Notes under the pieces: model-generated
Databases searched by the model: none
Seen by the model: the letters and a program-made list of their open reading frames with translations, nothing else
What the model was told of the DNA's origin: nothing
In this document: in pieces, positions 1-9,717 of the stretch
Layout of the letters: every line of letters begins with the position of its first letter
How positions within the stretch are numbered: position 1 is the first letter of the stretch
Translations under genes and position numbers: made by a program
Source: Candidatus Latescibacterota bacterium
GTDB taxonomy: Bacteria; Latescibacterota; UBA2968; UBA8231
Direction: 5' to 3'
DNA: 64,000 nucleotides
NCBI GenBank assembly: GCA_965200315.1
Contig: OZ241362.1
Location: forward strand, 4,416,001-4,480,000

Positions 1-255
1 GGAATAGCCTTTCGCAGCCTATGCCTATTTGGCGATATATGGAAGTCATGCCGCCCGCGGCGCAGTGTGCTGCGTATATGAGATCGCTATCGAGGCCGAT
101 CCATGAATAGAAAGGGTCTGAACCGTATAGGCTCTTGAATTCGGCCAGCGAGACTCCGGCCTCGTAGCTACCCCGTCCGAATTTTGGCCTGTATCCCTTG
201 CTGTTTCTGATATACGCCAAGAAGGTTTCGAGATATTTGGAGTCTTGGGGTTCCA

Positions 256-1449
256 TTACACCTCCAGCAGCAACCGCGCCGGATCCTCCAATAGTTCCTT
301 GATCCGCACCAAAAACGAGACCGACTGCTGGCCATCGACGAGCCGATGATCGTAAGACAGTGCCACGTACATCATTGGCCGAATCACCACTTGGCCTTCC
401 ACGGCCACGGGCCGATCCTGTATGGTGTGCATTCCCAGAATTCCACTTTGCGGCGCGTTTAGAATCGGCGTGGAAAGCAGCGAGCCGAAGACTCCGCCGT
501 TGGTGATGGTAAAGGTGCCGCCGCTTAGCTCGTCCATGGCCAGCTTGTTGTCGCGGGCGCTCAGTGCGAGCCGCTTGATGTTGCTTTCGAGCTGGGCGAT
601 GGACATCTGATCGGCGCGGTGCAAGACGGGGACGACTAGACCGCGCTCCGTGCTCACCGCGATCCCCAAATTGACGAAATCGTGATACACAATGTGGGCG
701 CCGTCGATCTGCGCGTTGATGGCTGGAAATTCGCCGAGCGCGAGGACCGCGGCTCGCGAAAAGAAGGACATCAGCCCGAGCGATGAGCCGTGGACTTGGG
801 CAAAGCGCTCCTTGTACTTGGCCCGGAGTTGCATCACCGCACTCATGTCGATTTCGTTGAAGGTCGTCAGCATAGCCGCATTGTGCTGGGCAGCGACCAA
901 GTGCTCGGCAATGCGCTGGCGCAGCCGGCTCATTGGCTCGCGGCGGGTGAGCTCGGGATCGGCGGACGCGGGTTCGGGCGGAGTGGATTCAGGCTCAGGT
1001 GAAGGAGCGGGTTCGGGTGCAGGGGGCGGTTGAATAGGTTCAGGCGCAGATAGGGACTCTAGATGGGCGAACACGTCCTTCTTCGTCAGCCGCCCGTCCT
1101 TGCCCGTCCCCTCAATCGCGGTCGGGTCTAGCTCCTGCTCTTCGACTAAGCGACGCACGGCGGGGCTTAGGACGGGTTCGGGGTTGGACGCCGGGGCCGA
1201 AGCGGCAGCTTGTGCTGTTTCATCTATCTCCGCGACTACTGCACCTATGGCTAGCGTGGCGTCGGTGGGTTGGAGGTGTTTGAGGGCTCCGCTGGCTGGG
1301 GACGGTAGCTCGACGTTGGCCTTGTCGGTCTCTAACACGCAGAGCGGCTCGTCCTGCTCGACGCGCTCGCCATCGCCCTTGAGCCATTCGAGAAGAATGA
1401 CCTCGCTGACCGATTCGCCCATGCTCGGTATTTCGACTTGTACTGACAT
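256..1449 (-). CDS. sucB: 2-oxoglutarate dehydrogenase E2, dihydrolipoyllysine-residue succinyltransferase
   Basis: N-terminal lipoyl domain (LETDKANVE), E3-binding domain (SPAVRRL...[12 protein letters not shown]), Pro-rich linker, catalytic YDHRLVDG; directly downstream of sucA. Confidence 0.97.
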   Translation of the reverse strand: MSVQVEIPSMGESVSEVILLEWLKGDGERVEQDEPLCVLETDKANVELPSPASGALKHLQPTDATLAIGAVVAEIDETAQAAASAPASNPEPVLSPAVRRLVEEQELDPTAIEGTGKDGRLTKKDVFAHLESLSAPEPIQPPPAPEPAPSPEPESTPPEPASADPELTRREPMSRLRQRIAEHLVAAQHNAAMLTTFNEIDMSAVMQLRAKYKERFAQVHGSSLGLMSFFSRAAVLALGEFPAINAQIDGAHIVYHDFVNLGIAVSTERGLVVPVLHRADQMSIAQLESNIKRLALSARDNKLAMDELSGGTFTITNGGVFGSLLSTPILNAPQSGILGMHTIQDRPVAVEGQVVIRPMMYVALSYDHRLVDGQQSVSFLVRIKELLEDPARLLLEV

Positions 1450-1459
1450 GCAAATGCTC

Positions 1460-4252
1460 CTAACCAGATTGTCGCCGCTGATGCAGGACCACTTCGCGGC
1501 TGCGGCCTAGTGCTTGCTCGACGATTTCTCGTTGCTCGGTTTCGTGCAGGTGCCCGGAGCCAGTGGCCGGGCTAGCCGCTTCGTCGCGGCCCACGTAGTG
1601 CAACTCGCAGTGCGCGGGCAACAGCTTCTCTATGTGAGGCTGGACAAAGGACCAAGCGCCCATGTTCTGAGATTCTTCCTGCACCCAGTAGAACTGCTTG
1701 GCCGCGGGATAGCGGCTGAACGCAGCTTGGAGTTCAGCAGCCGGAAACGGATAGAGTTCTTCGACGCGCAGCAGTGCTACTTGGTCGCTGCCGTTTTGCT
1801 CGCTGCGGGCAGCGACTAAGTCGTAGTAAATTTTGCCGGTGCAGAGCACCACCCGGGCGACGGCGGCTGGATCGGCGACGTTTGCGTCGTCGATGATCCG
1901 CTGGAACGCCCCCTCGGAAAACTCTGCTAGTTCCGAGACGCATTGCTTGTGCCGCAGGAGGCTCTTGGGGGTCATCAGCACCAGTGGCTTGCGAAAGTTG
2001 CGGTGCATCTGCCGCCGCAAAATGTGAAAAAGTTGCGCGGGCGTGGTTGGATAAGCCACCTGCATGTTGTTTTTGGCGCACGATTGCAAGAAGCGCTCTA
2101 GCCGTGCGCTAGAGTGCTCTGGTCCCATGCCCTCGTACCCGTGTGGCAACAGCAGCACCAAGCCACTCATCCGCTGCCACTTGGCTTCGCCGCTGGAAAG
2201 GAATTGGTCGATGATCATTTGCGCACCGTTGACGAAATCGCCGAACTGGGCCTCCCACAAGACCAAGCGCCTCGGATCTGCCGAGCTGATTCCGTACTCA
2301 AAGCCGAGCACTGCTAGCTCGGACAGCATGGTGTTGATCGCGACGAAGTCGGCCTGATCCCGCTCCAAGCACTGCAAGGGGACGTGCTCTGCGCCTGTTT
2401 CCGTGTCGTGCCAGACGGCGTGGCGGTGGGCAAAGGTGCCGCGCTGGGTGTCTTGGCCAGTCAGGCGCACTGCCACGCCCTCCCGCAGCAACGAACCGAA
2501 GGCCATCACCTCGCTGCAGCCCCAGTCGATGGGTGCTTGGCCAGCGGCCATGGCGCGGCGCGCTTCGACCATCCGCTGGATTGTGCGGTGCGGGGAGAAC
2601 CCTTTGGGGACTTGGATCGCCCGCTCGACGATCCTCTGTAGGATTTTGGCATCGACCGCCGTGTGTGCGCTCCAGTCATCGGGTGCCCAAGTCAGGCCCT
2701 GCCAGACGCCCCCGAAGGACGAAATTTGCGGCTGGACTTGTAGGCGGCGGGCGATTTGCTGGGCTTCTTCGAGCCGGGTGCGGATTCGTGCGCGAATATC
2801 GTCGGCTTCCTCTTGGAAAAGTTTGTTTTGGGCAATGAGTTGGAAGGAATAGAGGTGGAGGATCGTCGGATGCTGGGCGATCTTCTTGTACATCAGCGGC
2901 TGGGTCAGGGTCGGGTCGTCGGCTTCGTTGTGGCCGTGGCGGCGATAACACCACAAGTCGATGATGACGTCCACCTTGAAGCGGTGCCTGAACTCCATCG
3001 CCACTTGCGCCGCTTGGATTACGGATTCGGGGTCGTCGGCGTTGACGTGAAAGACCGGGGCCTGAATCTCCTTGGCTACGTCGGTCGGATAGGGGGTAAA
3101 GCGCGTCTCGTCGGCTAGGGCCGTATAGCCGAGTTGGTTGTTGATGATGATGTGGACGGAGCCGCCGGTGCGGTAGCCGGGCAGTTCGGATAGATTGAGA
3201 GTCTCGGAGACGATGCCTTGGCCGGTAAAGGCGGCCTCGCCATGGATGAGCACCGGGACCACCCGCTCCCCTTCGTCGTCGTGCAAGTAGGCTTGCTTGG
3301 CATAGACAATGCCCTCAATGACCGGATCGACTAGCTCTAGGTGGCTAGGGTTGAAACTGAGCGAGAGATGGACCTTACGTCCCTCTTCGGTGACGTGGTC
3401 ATGGGAATAACCCTTGTGGTATTTGACGTCGCCCTCGTCGTCGCGGTCGGTGCGGTCGGCGCCCTCAAATTCGGCGAGGATTTCCTCGTAGGGCTTGTGC
3501 AAAAGGTGCGCCAGCACGTTGAGCCGGCCGCGGTGAGCCATGCCGATGACCATCTCTTCGACGCCCAGCTTAGAGCCGGTGCTGACTAGTTCGTCCAAGA
3601 GCGGCACCATGGACTCGGCCCCTTCGAGCGAGAAGCGCTTTTGCCCGACGTAACGCGTGTGCAAAAACTGCTCAAACTCCTCGGCGGCGATTAGTCGCGC
3701 GAGCACCCGACGCGTGGCTTCTTCGGACAAATTAGGGTTGTTGAGGCAAGGTTCGATCCGCTCTTGTAGCCAGTCGCGCTGCTCCTTGTCTGGGATATCC
3801 ATGTATTCGACGCCAATGGAGCGACAATACGTGGTTTTCAGCTTGCTCAATAGCCCCTTTAGCGTCCCGTCCGTGCGCCCGAGGAAGCCGCCGTCGCCCA
3901 CGGTCTTTTCGAGGTCTTCTTCGGCGAGGCCAAACTCCGTCAAATCCAACAATGGCAGGCTCTGGCGGTTGTAGCCCAGCGGGTCGAGCCGAGCGACGAA
4001 GTGGCCCATTTGTCGATAGGCCTGCACGAGGGCTTGGACGCCTTGGAGGACCAAAAGGCCCTCGTTGGCCTCTATGGATTGCTGCAAGGCGTCTTTGCTT
4101 GGCGCCTTGGTGGTCGCAGAGCGGGCGAAACCGAATTCAAAGCCGCGGAAGAAGTGTTGCCACTCTGCTGGGATCGCGCTGGGATCACGCTGGTACTGCT
4201 CGTAGAGACTTTCAATGTACTCGGCGTTTTCGCTGTGCGTAGCAAATGACAT
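1460..4252 (-). CDS. sucA: 2-oxoglutarate dehydrogenase E1 component
   Basis: [58 protein letters not shown]; ATG at 4252 follows GGAGG (ORF track starts at 4270). Confidence 0.97.
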   Translation of the reverse strand: MSFATHSENAEYIESLYEQYQRDPSAIPAEWQHFFRGFEFGFARSATTKAPSKDALQQSIEANEGLLVLQGVQALVQAYRQMGHFVARLDPLGYNRQSLPLLDLTEFGLAEEDLEKTVGDGGFLGRTDGTLKGLLSKLKTTYCRSIGVEYMDIPDKEQRDWLQERIEPCLNNPNLSEEATRRVLARLIAAEEFEQFLHTRYVGQKRFSLEGAESMVPLLDELVSTGSKLGVEEMVIGMAHRGRLNVLAHLLHKPYEEILAEFEGADRTDRDDEGDVKYHKGYSHDHVTEEGRKVHLSLSFNPSHLELVDPVIEGIVYAKQAYLHDDEGERVVPVLIHGEAAFTGQGIVSETLNLSELPGYRTGGSVHIIINNQLGYTALADETRFTPYPTDVAKEIQAPVFHVNADDPESVIQAAQVAMEFRHRFKVDVIIDLWCYRRHGHNEADDPTLTQPLMYKKIAQHPTILHLYSFQLIAQNKLFQEEADDIRARIRTRLEEAQQIARRLQVQPQISSFGGVWQGLTWAPDDWSAHTAVDAKILQRIVERAIQVPKGFSPHRTIQRMVEARRAMAAGQAPIDWGCSEVMAFGSLLREGVAVRLTGQDTQRGTFAHRHAVWHDTETGAEHVPLQCLERDQADFVAINTMLSELAVLGFEYGISSADPRRLVLWEAQFGDFVNGAQMIIDQFLSSGEAKWQRMSGLVLLLPHGYEGMGPEHSSARLERFLQSCAKNNMQVAYPTTPAQLFHILRRQMHRNFRKPLVLMTPKSLLRHKQCVSELAEFSEGAFQRIIDDANVADPAAVARVVLCTGKIYYDLVAARSEQNGSDQVALLRVEELYPFPAAELQAAFSRYPAAKQFYWVQEESQNMGAWSFVQPHIEKLLPAHCELHYVGRDEAASPATGSGHLHETEQREIVEQALGRSREVVLHQRRQSG

Positions 4253-4414
4253 AGGAACCTCCAGTTCCATGGACTGATTCTGAAGATAGACATTATATAC
4301 ACAGGTGCAAAAATAAGCTCGGCGAGCCGCCGCAATCCTCGAGGGTTTTTATAGCAGCACCTACATTTTGTCTAATCTAATTCCTTGAGAAACGTTGTTA
4401 AAACCCACGTTGGC

Positions 4415-4473
4415 AGTGGCTGGTGGCCAGTCCCCCACCTTATGGGGAAGAGAGTAATTGACCACTAACCACT
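4415..4473. repeat. Imperfect inverted heptamer repeat (STRR-like) hairpin upstream of sucA
   Basis: agtggctggtggccagt (4415-4431) versus attgaccactaaccact (4457-4473), with an inner tcccc/gggga stem. Confidence 0.45.
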
Positions 4474-4834
4474 AACCCTAAGTACACGCCAGTAGAATGG
4501 GTTGATATTGTTGGGCGTGTGTTAGGCTGCGGACCCTGTTGGTGTATGCACTGGATGGGTTGCTCAAGGCCTCGTCGAAAGCGGATTATGGCGGGTTGTT
4601 AGGGGCTGGGTTTTCTTGGATTGCCCCAGCGCACTGGATCAGCGTACAGACCAAGCCGCTACGCAGGTCGATACGGGGGCGCGTGAGGGATACAGCCCCT
4701 TGGATGGGGCCTTCTTTAGCGTATGAATAAGCACACTACGGCTCCTGTGTTTAGGGCACTTTATTTGTAATCAGCGCGAGTAAAAATAACCCTAAATCAG
4801 GGCCAGACCAAAACTTAGATTACTGTCGTGTTCT

Positions 4835-5005
4835 TAGCAGGCTGAGTTAAAACTTCCGTCAAGGTAATAGCCGAGGTAAATCCGGCGAAAAATCTCGGTA
4901 ATCCAGTACATCGTACTCAGGATGCGTTTCGATTAAATAGATGATGGGGGACGTATCCAATTCCAACGTCGTCACCTCGGCCAAGGCGTCGTCGAGTGGG
5001 ATCAC
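4835..5005 (-). pseudogene. PIN-domain (VapC-like) toxin, frameshifted and truncated
   Basis: GTG at 5005 gives IPLDDALAEVTTLELDTSPIIYLIETHPEYDVL; other frames continue ITEIFRRI and TSAITLTEVLTQP, then similarity stops. Confidence 0.75.
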
Positions 5006-5231
5006 GGTCGCTGGTCCCATTCTTCACGAAGACCATCGACATACGTTTGAGCAGCGATCCCTTGCCAAATTTCTTTGCCTAATCCACGTAGCTCCAGAAT
5101 ACTCAGTTTTTGGGGGGCAGTGGAGCGGTGAGGGCCAAATCATGAGCCGTCGTTTCCAACAGGCGCAAGCGCTCGCCGGTGGGCAACGGTTTGACATATT
5201 TTTCATAGACTTCCTCCAAGCGATCCGTCAT
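5002..5231 (-). pseudogene. Putative antitoxin partner of the PIN toxin, frameshifted
   Basis: MTDRLEEVYEKYVKPLPTGERLRLLE...LPPK, frameshift in the C6A5 run (5107-5117), then LSILELRGLGKEIWQGIAAQTYVDGLREEWDQRP*; GTGA overlap with the toxin start. Confidence 0.75.
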
Positions 5232-5293
5232 ACCATCTCCTTTTCCCGGTTCGAGTTTCAGCAAGGTCAGCGTTCCGAGCGCCAGCAAGTCAC

Positions 5294-6337
5294 CTACCCA
5301 TTAACCGCAACCCCCACCTTCGCCCCACTCGCCACAATCTGCGCCCACGTCTCGTCCTCTATGAAAATTCCCTCAACCTTCCGCTGCTGGGCCATCGCCC
5401 GCTCGCTGTCCCCGGGCATCAAGATCGCCTCGACTCCCGGTGAGGTGGCCGCGGATTTAACAAACTCGATGTACGTGTCGGCCTCGGCGAAATAAGCGTC
5501 TAACCCCACCAGTTTTTCCACGTCGAGCGCCAACAGCAGTGCCCCGTTGCGGAAGGGCCGATCTTGGCCTACGCAGCCGGCCCCAGCCAGCGCTCCGGCC
5601 AACAGCTCAACTCCCACGTTGAGGCCATAGCCCTTGTGGCCGAGACTGCCGCCCAAGGGCAGGATGGTGCCAGGCGGATCGGCATATAGGGTGTTGGGAT
5701 CGTTGGTCGGCTGGCCCGCGGCGTCGAGCAGCCAGCCGTCGGGCACTTGGGCACCGCGATTGCGCTGCACCCGCACCTTGCCCTCGGCCACAGCCGACGT
5801 GGTCATGTCGAGGACTACCGGCTGGCCGCTGCGCGACGGGAAGGCCATGGCGATTGGATTGGTGCCGTGCCGGGCTTCGCGCCCGCCCCACGGGGCCATG
5901 CGGCAGACCGGCGCGCCGTTGACGAACATCAGGGCAATAGCAGTCTCCTCGGCAATGCGCTCCACGTAGCTGCCGAGGCGGCCGATGTGATTGGCTTGGC
6001 GGACGGAAATAGCGGCCATGCCCACAGCCCGCGCCTTCTCCAGAGCCAGTTCCACGCCGCGGCTCATCGCGACCTGCCCAAAGCCCCAATGCGCGTCGAG
6101 CACGGCGAGCGTCGGGGCCTCGTGAACGAGTTCGACGGCCGCATCTGGCACGATGTCGCCGGCTTCGACTTGGCCCAAGTACTGGGGGATGCGGATAATT
6201 CCGTGGGAGTCGTGGCCAACGAGATTGGCCTCGACGAGCAATTCGGCGACCACGCGCGCCTCGCTGGGGCGCATTCCAGCCGCGGCAAAAATGGAGGCGG
6301 TGGTTTCAGTCAGCTTGGTATGGGAAAAGACCGGCAT
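5294..6337 (-). CDS. Ldh_2 family (malate/L-lactate/hydroxycarboxylate) oxidoreductase
   Basis: GHDSHG, NHIGRLGSY, GTNPIAMAFP, LDMTTS, GHKGYGL motifs. Confidence 0.92.
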   Translation of the reverse strand: MPVFSHTKLTETTASIFAAAGMRPSEARVVAELLVEANLVGHDSHGIIRIPQYLGQVEAGDIVPDAAVELVHEAPTLAVLDAHWGFGQVAMSRGVELALEKARAVGMAAISVRQANHIGRLGSYVERIAEETAIALMFVNGAPVCRMAPWGGREARHGTNPIAMAFPSRSGQPVVLDMTTSAVAEGKVRVQRNRGAQVPDGWLLDAAGQPTNDPNTLYADPPGTILPLGGSLGHKGYGLNVGVELLAGALAGAGCVGQDRPFRNGALLLALDVEKLVGLDAYFAEADTYIEFVKSAATSPGVEAILMPGDSERAMAQQRKVEGIFIEDETWAQIVASGAKVGVAVNG

Positions 6338-6363
6338 GAAGTCTCCTTTGGCATGGGGAGTTT

Positions 6364-6786
6364 TTACTCAGTCGGCGCACCAGCTGCGATCCACGCGCGG
6401 ATGATCTCCACCTGCTCTGCGGACAACGGCGAGCCCGGCGGCATCTGCTGACTGACGATTTCGTCGTCGCCGCGCACCTTTATCAGCAGGTACGAGCCAG
6501 CAGGATTTCCCGGATCGACCAGCTTGAAATCGGGCCGCTGGCCACTGTCAACGCCGACGATGTCATCGGCAAAATCGCCCTCCAGCGACAAACCGGCCGC
6601 GGGAGCCCCGCTGCTGTGGCAACCCGAAAGGACGCAACTAACCGCGAAGACCTCGCTGACCTCGGCGAGGGTAGCTTCCGTGCGCCTGCCTTCGCTCTCG
6701 TCTGGCCCTACCGTCGAGTCCTCGCCCCCGCAACCGGCCCACGACAGAACCGCGACCAACAGCATACATTGCGTGATTTTCGTCAT
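6364..6786 (-). CDS. Lipoprotein with cytochrome c-like domain (CxxxxCH)
   Basis: Lipobox WAGC; SCVLSGCH; LVDPGNPAGSYL; QMPPG...LSAEQVEIIRAWIAAGA. Confidence 0.7.
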   Translation of the reverse strand: MTKITQCMLLVAVLSWAGCGGEDSTVGPDESEGRRTEATLAEVSEVFAVSCVLSGCHSSGAPAAGLSLEGDFADDIVGVDSGQRPDFKLVDPGNPAGSYLLIKVRGDDEIVSQQMPPGSPLSAEQVEIIRAWIAAGAPTE

Positions 6787-6802
6787 GTTCTCCTCCTAAA
6801 GT

Positions 6803-7825
6803 CTAGCCCGCCTCGCGCACCCGGCGCAGCAGCTCGTCGCCGCTGGCGCATTCGACGATCCAAGCGCCCACGCGCACCAAATCCTCGCGCACCCAGCCTT
6901 CCAGCAATTTTCCCAAGCTCGCCGCCACCTCGTCGCCAAATTGCCGCGCCGCCAAGCCGCACAACAACGCCCGCTCTCCTTCGATGCGACCCTGTGCCAG
7001 CCCTTCGACGCGACCCTGCGCTAACCCCTGTGCTCGGCCTTCGGCCCGGTGCCTCGACAGCCGCGCCGAACCCTCTGGTCCAGCCGTGCCCAACTGCTTG
7101 GTCAGGCCCTTGGCCACGCGCAACAAGGCGGCGGTCGTGGCCTCCGACCAGCCCTCCCGCTCGTTCAGTGCCGAGTGGATCTCGGCCGCTGTCCAGCCCG
7201 CAAACGCCCGACTCTCCTCCACCTGCCGATAGTATCCCGCCTCCCACACGCGAATCGTCAGCCCCGGCGCACCCGCACGGCGATATGGCGTAAACGCCTC
7301 TGGGACCTCCACCCACAGCTCGGGGAATCCCCATGCCTGATACTTCTGCAACTTGCTCTTCCGAATGTCCGTCGTGTGGTCCACTTCCAAAACCACATCC
7401 GGCAGGGAGTGAATGCCCAACTTCAGCCCTAGGTGATCCGGCAGCCAAGCCTCGTGTGGACGCAAATATATGAACTGATCGGGCCGCAAAATGGCCTCGT
7501 AACGGTCCTCGGCGTCTGGCCGCCAGATGCTCGTGGTGCCAAACGCCATAAAATGTGCGCCGCACTCGTCGGCGAGTTGCTGAGTAAGCTGGGCCAGATA
7601 CTGGGCCGGCAGCTCGTGATCGGCACTAACGATGTTCGCGTCGTCGGCCACAATCAGGGTTTCGGTCGGGCCGTCCCAGTATTCAAAGCGACCTTCGTAC
7701 GTTTCGATATCAGCCGCCGATACGTGCTTGGCGTGGCAGCCGGGGAACACTAGCCGCTGACCATCGAGCGTGTACAGCACCGGCCCTTCGTCCGCTAAAA
7801 TCTCTGCGACACTTTTTTCTGTCAT
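6803..7825 (-). CDS. Uma2-family PD-(D/E)xK endonuclease-like protein with repeat tail and small helical C-terminal domain
   Basis: PDQFIY, LPDVVLEVD, KLQKYQAWGFPELWVE; tail AEGRAQGLAQGRVEGLAQGRIEGERALL...ARQFG. Confidence 0.85.
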   Translation of the reverse strand: MTEKSVAEILADEGPVLYTLDGQRLVFPGCHAKHVSAADIETYEGRFEYWDGPTETLIVADDANIVSADHELPAQYLAQLTQQLADECGAHFMAFGTTSIWRPDAEDRYEAILRPDQFIYLRPHEAWLPDHLGLKLGIHSLPDVVLEVDHTTDIRKSKLQKYQAWGFPELWVEVPEAFTPYRRAGAPGLTIRVWEAGYYRQVEESRAFAGWTAAEIHSALNEREGWSEATTAALLRVAKGLTKQLGTAGPEGSARLSRHRAEGRAQGLAQGRVEGLAQGRIEGERALLCGLAARQFGDEVAASLGKLLEGWVREDLVRVGAWIVECASGDELLRRVREAG

Positions 7826-7991
7826 GGAACCTTCCTCCTTTTTTGCGACACCTCCTATCCCACTGCCACTGCCTAATTAATGCCTTGTATGGCACCTGTC
7901 AAAATGCGGCGGCAGGGTTTAATAGGCGCAGCCGAGGCATTATATTAACGAGTTTATTCACCCGCTCGTTCACCATACTTCAGGAGTACGC

Positions 7992-9533
7992 ATGAATCTA
8001 AGCTGGATTGACTACGCTATCGTCTTCGTCTATGTCGGTGCTACGATCGTCGCCGGTACGTTGGCCCGAGGGGCCATCAAGGGCATCTCCGACTTCCTCG
8101 TGGCCGGCCGCGGCCTCAAAACCCACATGGCCGTCGCCACGATGGTCTCGACCGGGCTGGGGCTGGTCACGGTCATGTACATGGCCGAAGAGGGCTTTAA
8201 GTACGGTTTCGTGCCCTTCGTCTTTGGACTCATGGCACTGATCACCACCCTAATCATCGGCCGCACCGGCTTTATCGTCAGCCGCCTGCGCCATTTGCAG
8301 GTGATGACCGTGCCCGAATTCTACGAACTCAAATACACGCGCGGCGTGCGCCTGCTCGGCGGCATCATCCTCACCTTGGCTGGCACCCTCAACATGGGGC
8401 TGTTTCCCATCCTCGGCAGCAAGTTCATCGTCGGCTTCACCGGCCTCGACAAGGAATACGTCAACTACGTCATGATCGGCATGTTGGTCATCGTCGTCTT
8501 CTACACGCTGATGGGCGGCATGGTCTCGGTGGTGCTGACGGACTTCGCGCAGTTTGTGCTGCTGGCACTGGGGTTTTTCTTCGGCACGTACATCATTCTC
8601 AATCACCCGCAGCTCGGCTGGGACAACCTCGTCCATGCCGTGCAAGTCCACAAAGGCGATGTCGGCTTTGACCCCATAGCCAATCCCGGCTACGGCATCT
8701 CAATGATCTTATTTCTATTCTGCGTCGGCTTGGTCGGTGTGGTCTGGCAACCCGAAATGATGCGGCCGCTGAGTGCCGAAAGCCCCAAGGTGGCCCGCCG
8801 CGTGTTCTGGATTTCCTCTGCCACCGTCATGGGGCGGGCGATGGTGCCGATGTTTTGGGGCATTGCGGCGCTGGCCTATTTTGGCGACCCCGGACTCGAC
8901 CCCCACTACGCGATGCCGGAAATGCTCGGCAAAATCCTGCCCATCGGCATAGCCGGCCTGCTCATGGCCGGGATGTTCGCGGCCTTTATGTCCACCCACG
9001 ACAGCTACCTGCTCGCTTGGAGCGGCGTCATCGTCCGCGACGTGGTCTCGCCGCTCAAGGCCATGCTCGCCAAGGCGAGCGGCGAGCGCGAGGAAGACGG
9101 CACTTGGGGCGGGCTGTCGAGCGAGCGCGAGATATACTGGACCCGGGCCATCGTCGTCATCCTCGCCGCCTTTTTGGCCATCTTCGGCGCGTTCTACCAG
9201 CTTCCCGAGACGGCCTTCCGCTTTATGTACGTCACCGGCAGCATCTACTTCTCCGGCTGCGTCGGCACCGTGGCCTTGGGGCTGTATTGGAAAAAGGCCA
9301 ATACCCCGGGGGCCTACTGCGCCTTGATACTGGGTGCGCTGGTGCCGCTCAACTTCCTCATTATGACCGAAAACCAGCACTTGGTGCCCGAGTTTTTGTT
9401 GCCGTTGGTCGAAAACTCCAACCTCGTCGGGCTTACCAGCCTAGCCTTGGGCGGCCTCGCCATGCTGGTCGTGGCCTCGTTCACCCAGCGCTCGCACCCG
9501 CCGCGCCCCCTAGACTTTAGCAACATGGAGTAG
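7992..9533 (+). CDS. Sodium:solute symporter (SSS) family transporter
   Basis: DFLVAGRGL, MTVPEFYELKY, YTLMGGMVSVVLTD, AAFMSTHDSYL; many TM segments; RBS AGGAG. Confidence 0.93.
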   Translation: MNLSWIDYAIVFVYVGATIVAGTLARGAIKGISDFLVAGRGLKTHMAVATMVSTGLGLVTVMYMAEEGFKYGFVPFVFGLMALITTLIIGRTGFIVSRLRHLQVMTVPEFYELKYTRGVRLLGGIILTLAGTLNMGLFPILGSKFIVGFTGLDKEYVNYVMIGMLVIVVFYTLMGGMVSVVLTDFAQFVLLALGFFFGTYIILNHPQLGWDNLVHAVQVHKGDVGFDPIANPGYGISMILFLFCVGLVGVVWQPEMMRPLSAESPKVARRVFWISSATVMGRAMVPMFWGIAALAYFGDPGLDPHYAMPEMLGKILPIGIAGLLMAGMFAAFMSTHDSYLLAWSGVIVRDVVSPLKAMLAKASGEREEDGTWGGLSSEREIYWTRAIVVILAAFLAIFGAFYQLPETAFRFMYVTGSIYFSGCVGTVALGLYWKKANTPGAYCALILGALVPLNFLIMTENQHLVPEFLLPLVENSNLVGLTSLALGGLAMLVVASFTQRSHPPRPLDFSNME

Positions 9534-9537
9534 TGCA

Positions 9538-9717
9538 ATGGATGTCGAAACTTGGAAAGCCCTATGGCAATTCGTCTTTATCGCCGCCAGCGTCCTCTTT
9601 TACGTCATTGTCATCGCCGTCGCCTACAAGGGCTTTGGCGATGTGGCCCAGATGATCCGCAACATGGCCGCCGGCCGCGGGGCCAGTGAAGCCGCCGCTG
9701 ACGCCGAGCGCACGTGA
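9538..9717 (+). CDS. 59-aa single-TM small membrane protein (absent from ORF track)
   Basis: MDVETWKALWQFVFIAASVLFYVIVIAVAYKGFGDVAQMIRNM...ERT*; fills the gap exactly, GGAG upstream, GTGA overlap with next gene. Confidence 0.8.
   Translation: MDVETWKALWQFVFIAASVLFYVIVIAVAYKGFGDVAQMIRNMAAGRGASEAAADAERT

Noticed and set aside
1-255. Sequence downstream of sucB as possible ncRNA or gene end
   Set aside because: No recognisable fold, terminator or convincing ORF
4480-4830. 63-aa ORF 4539-4730 and AT-rich spacer as riboswitch or CDS
   Set aside because: No motif, RBS or riboswitch consensus recognisable
5103-5117. Programmed -1 frameshift at CCCCCCAAAAAC
   Set aside because: Not a canonical X XXY YYZ heptamer in frame, and the partner toxin is decayed; plain mutation is more likely
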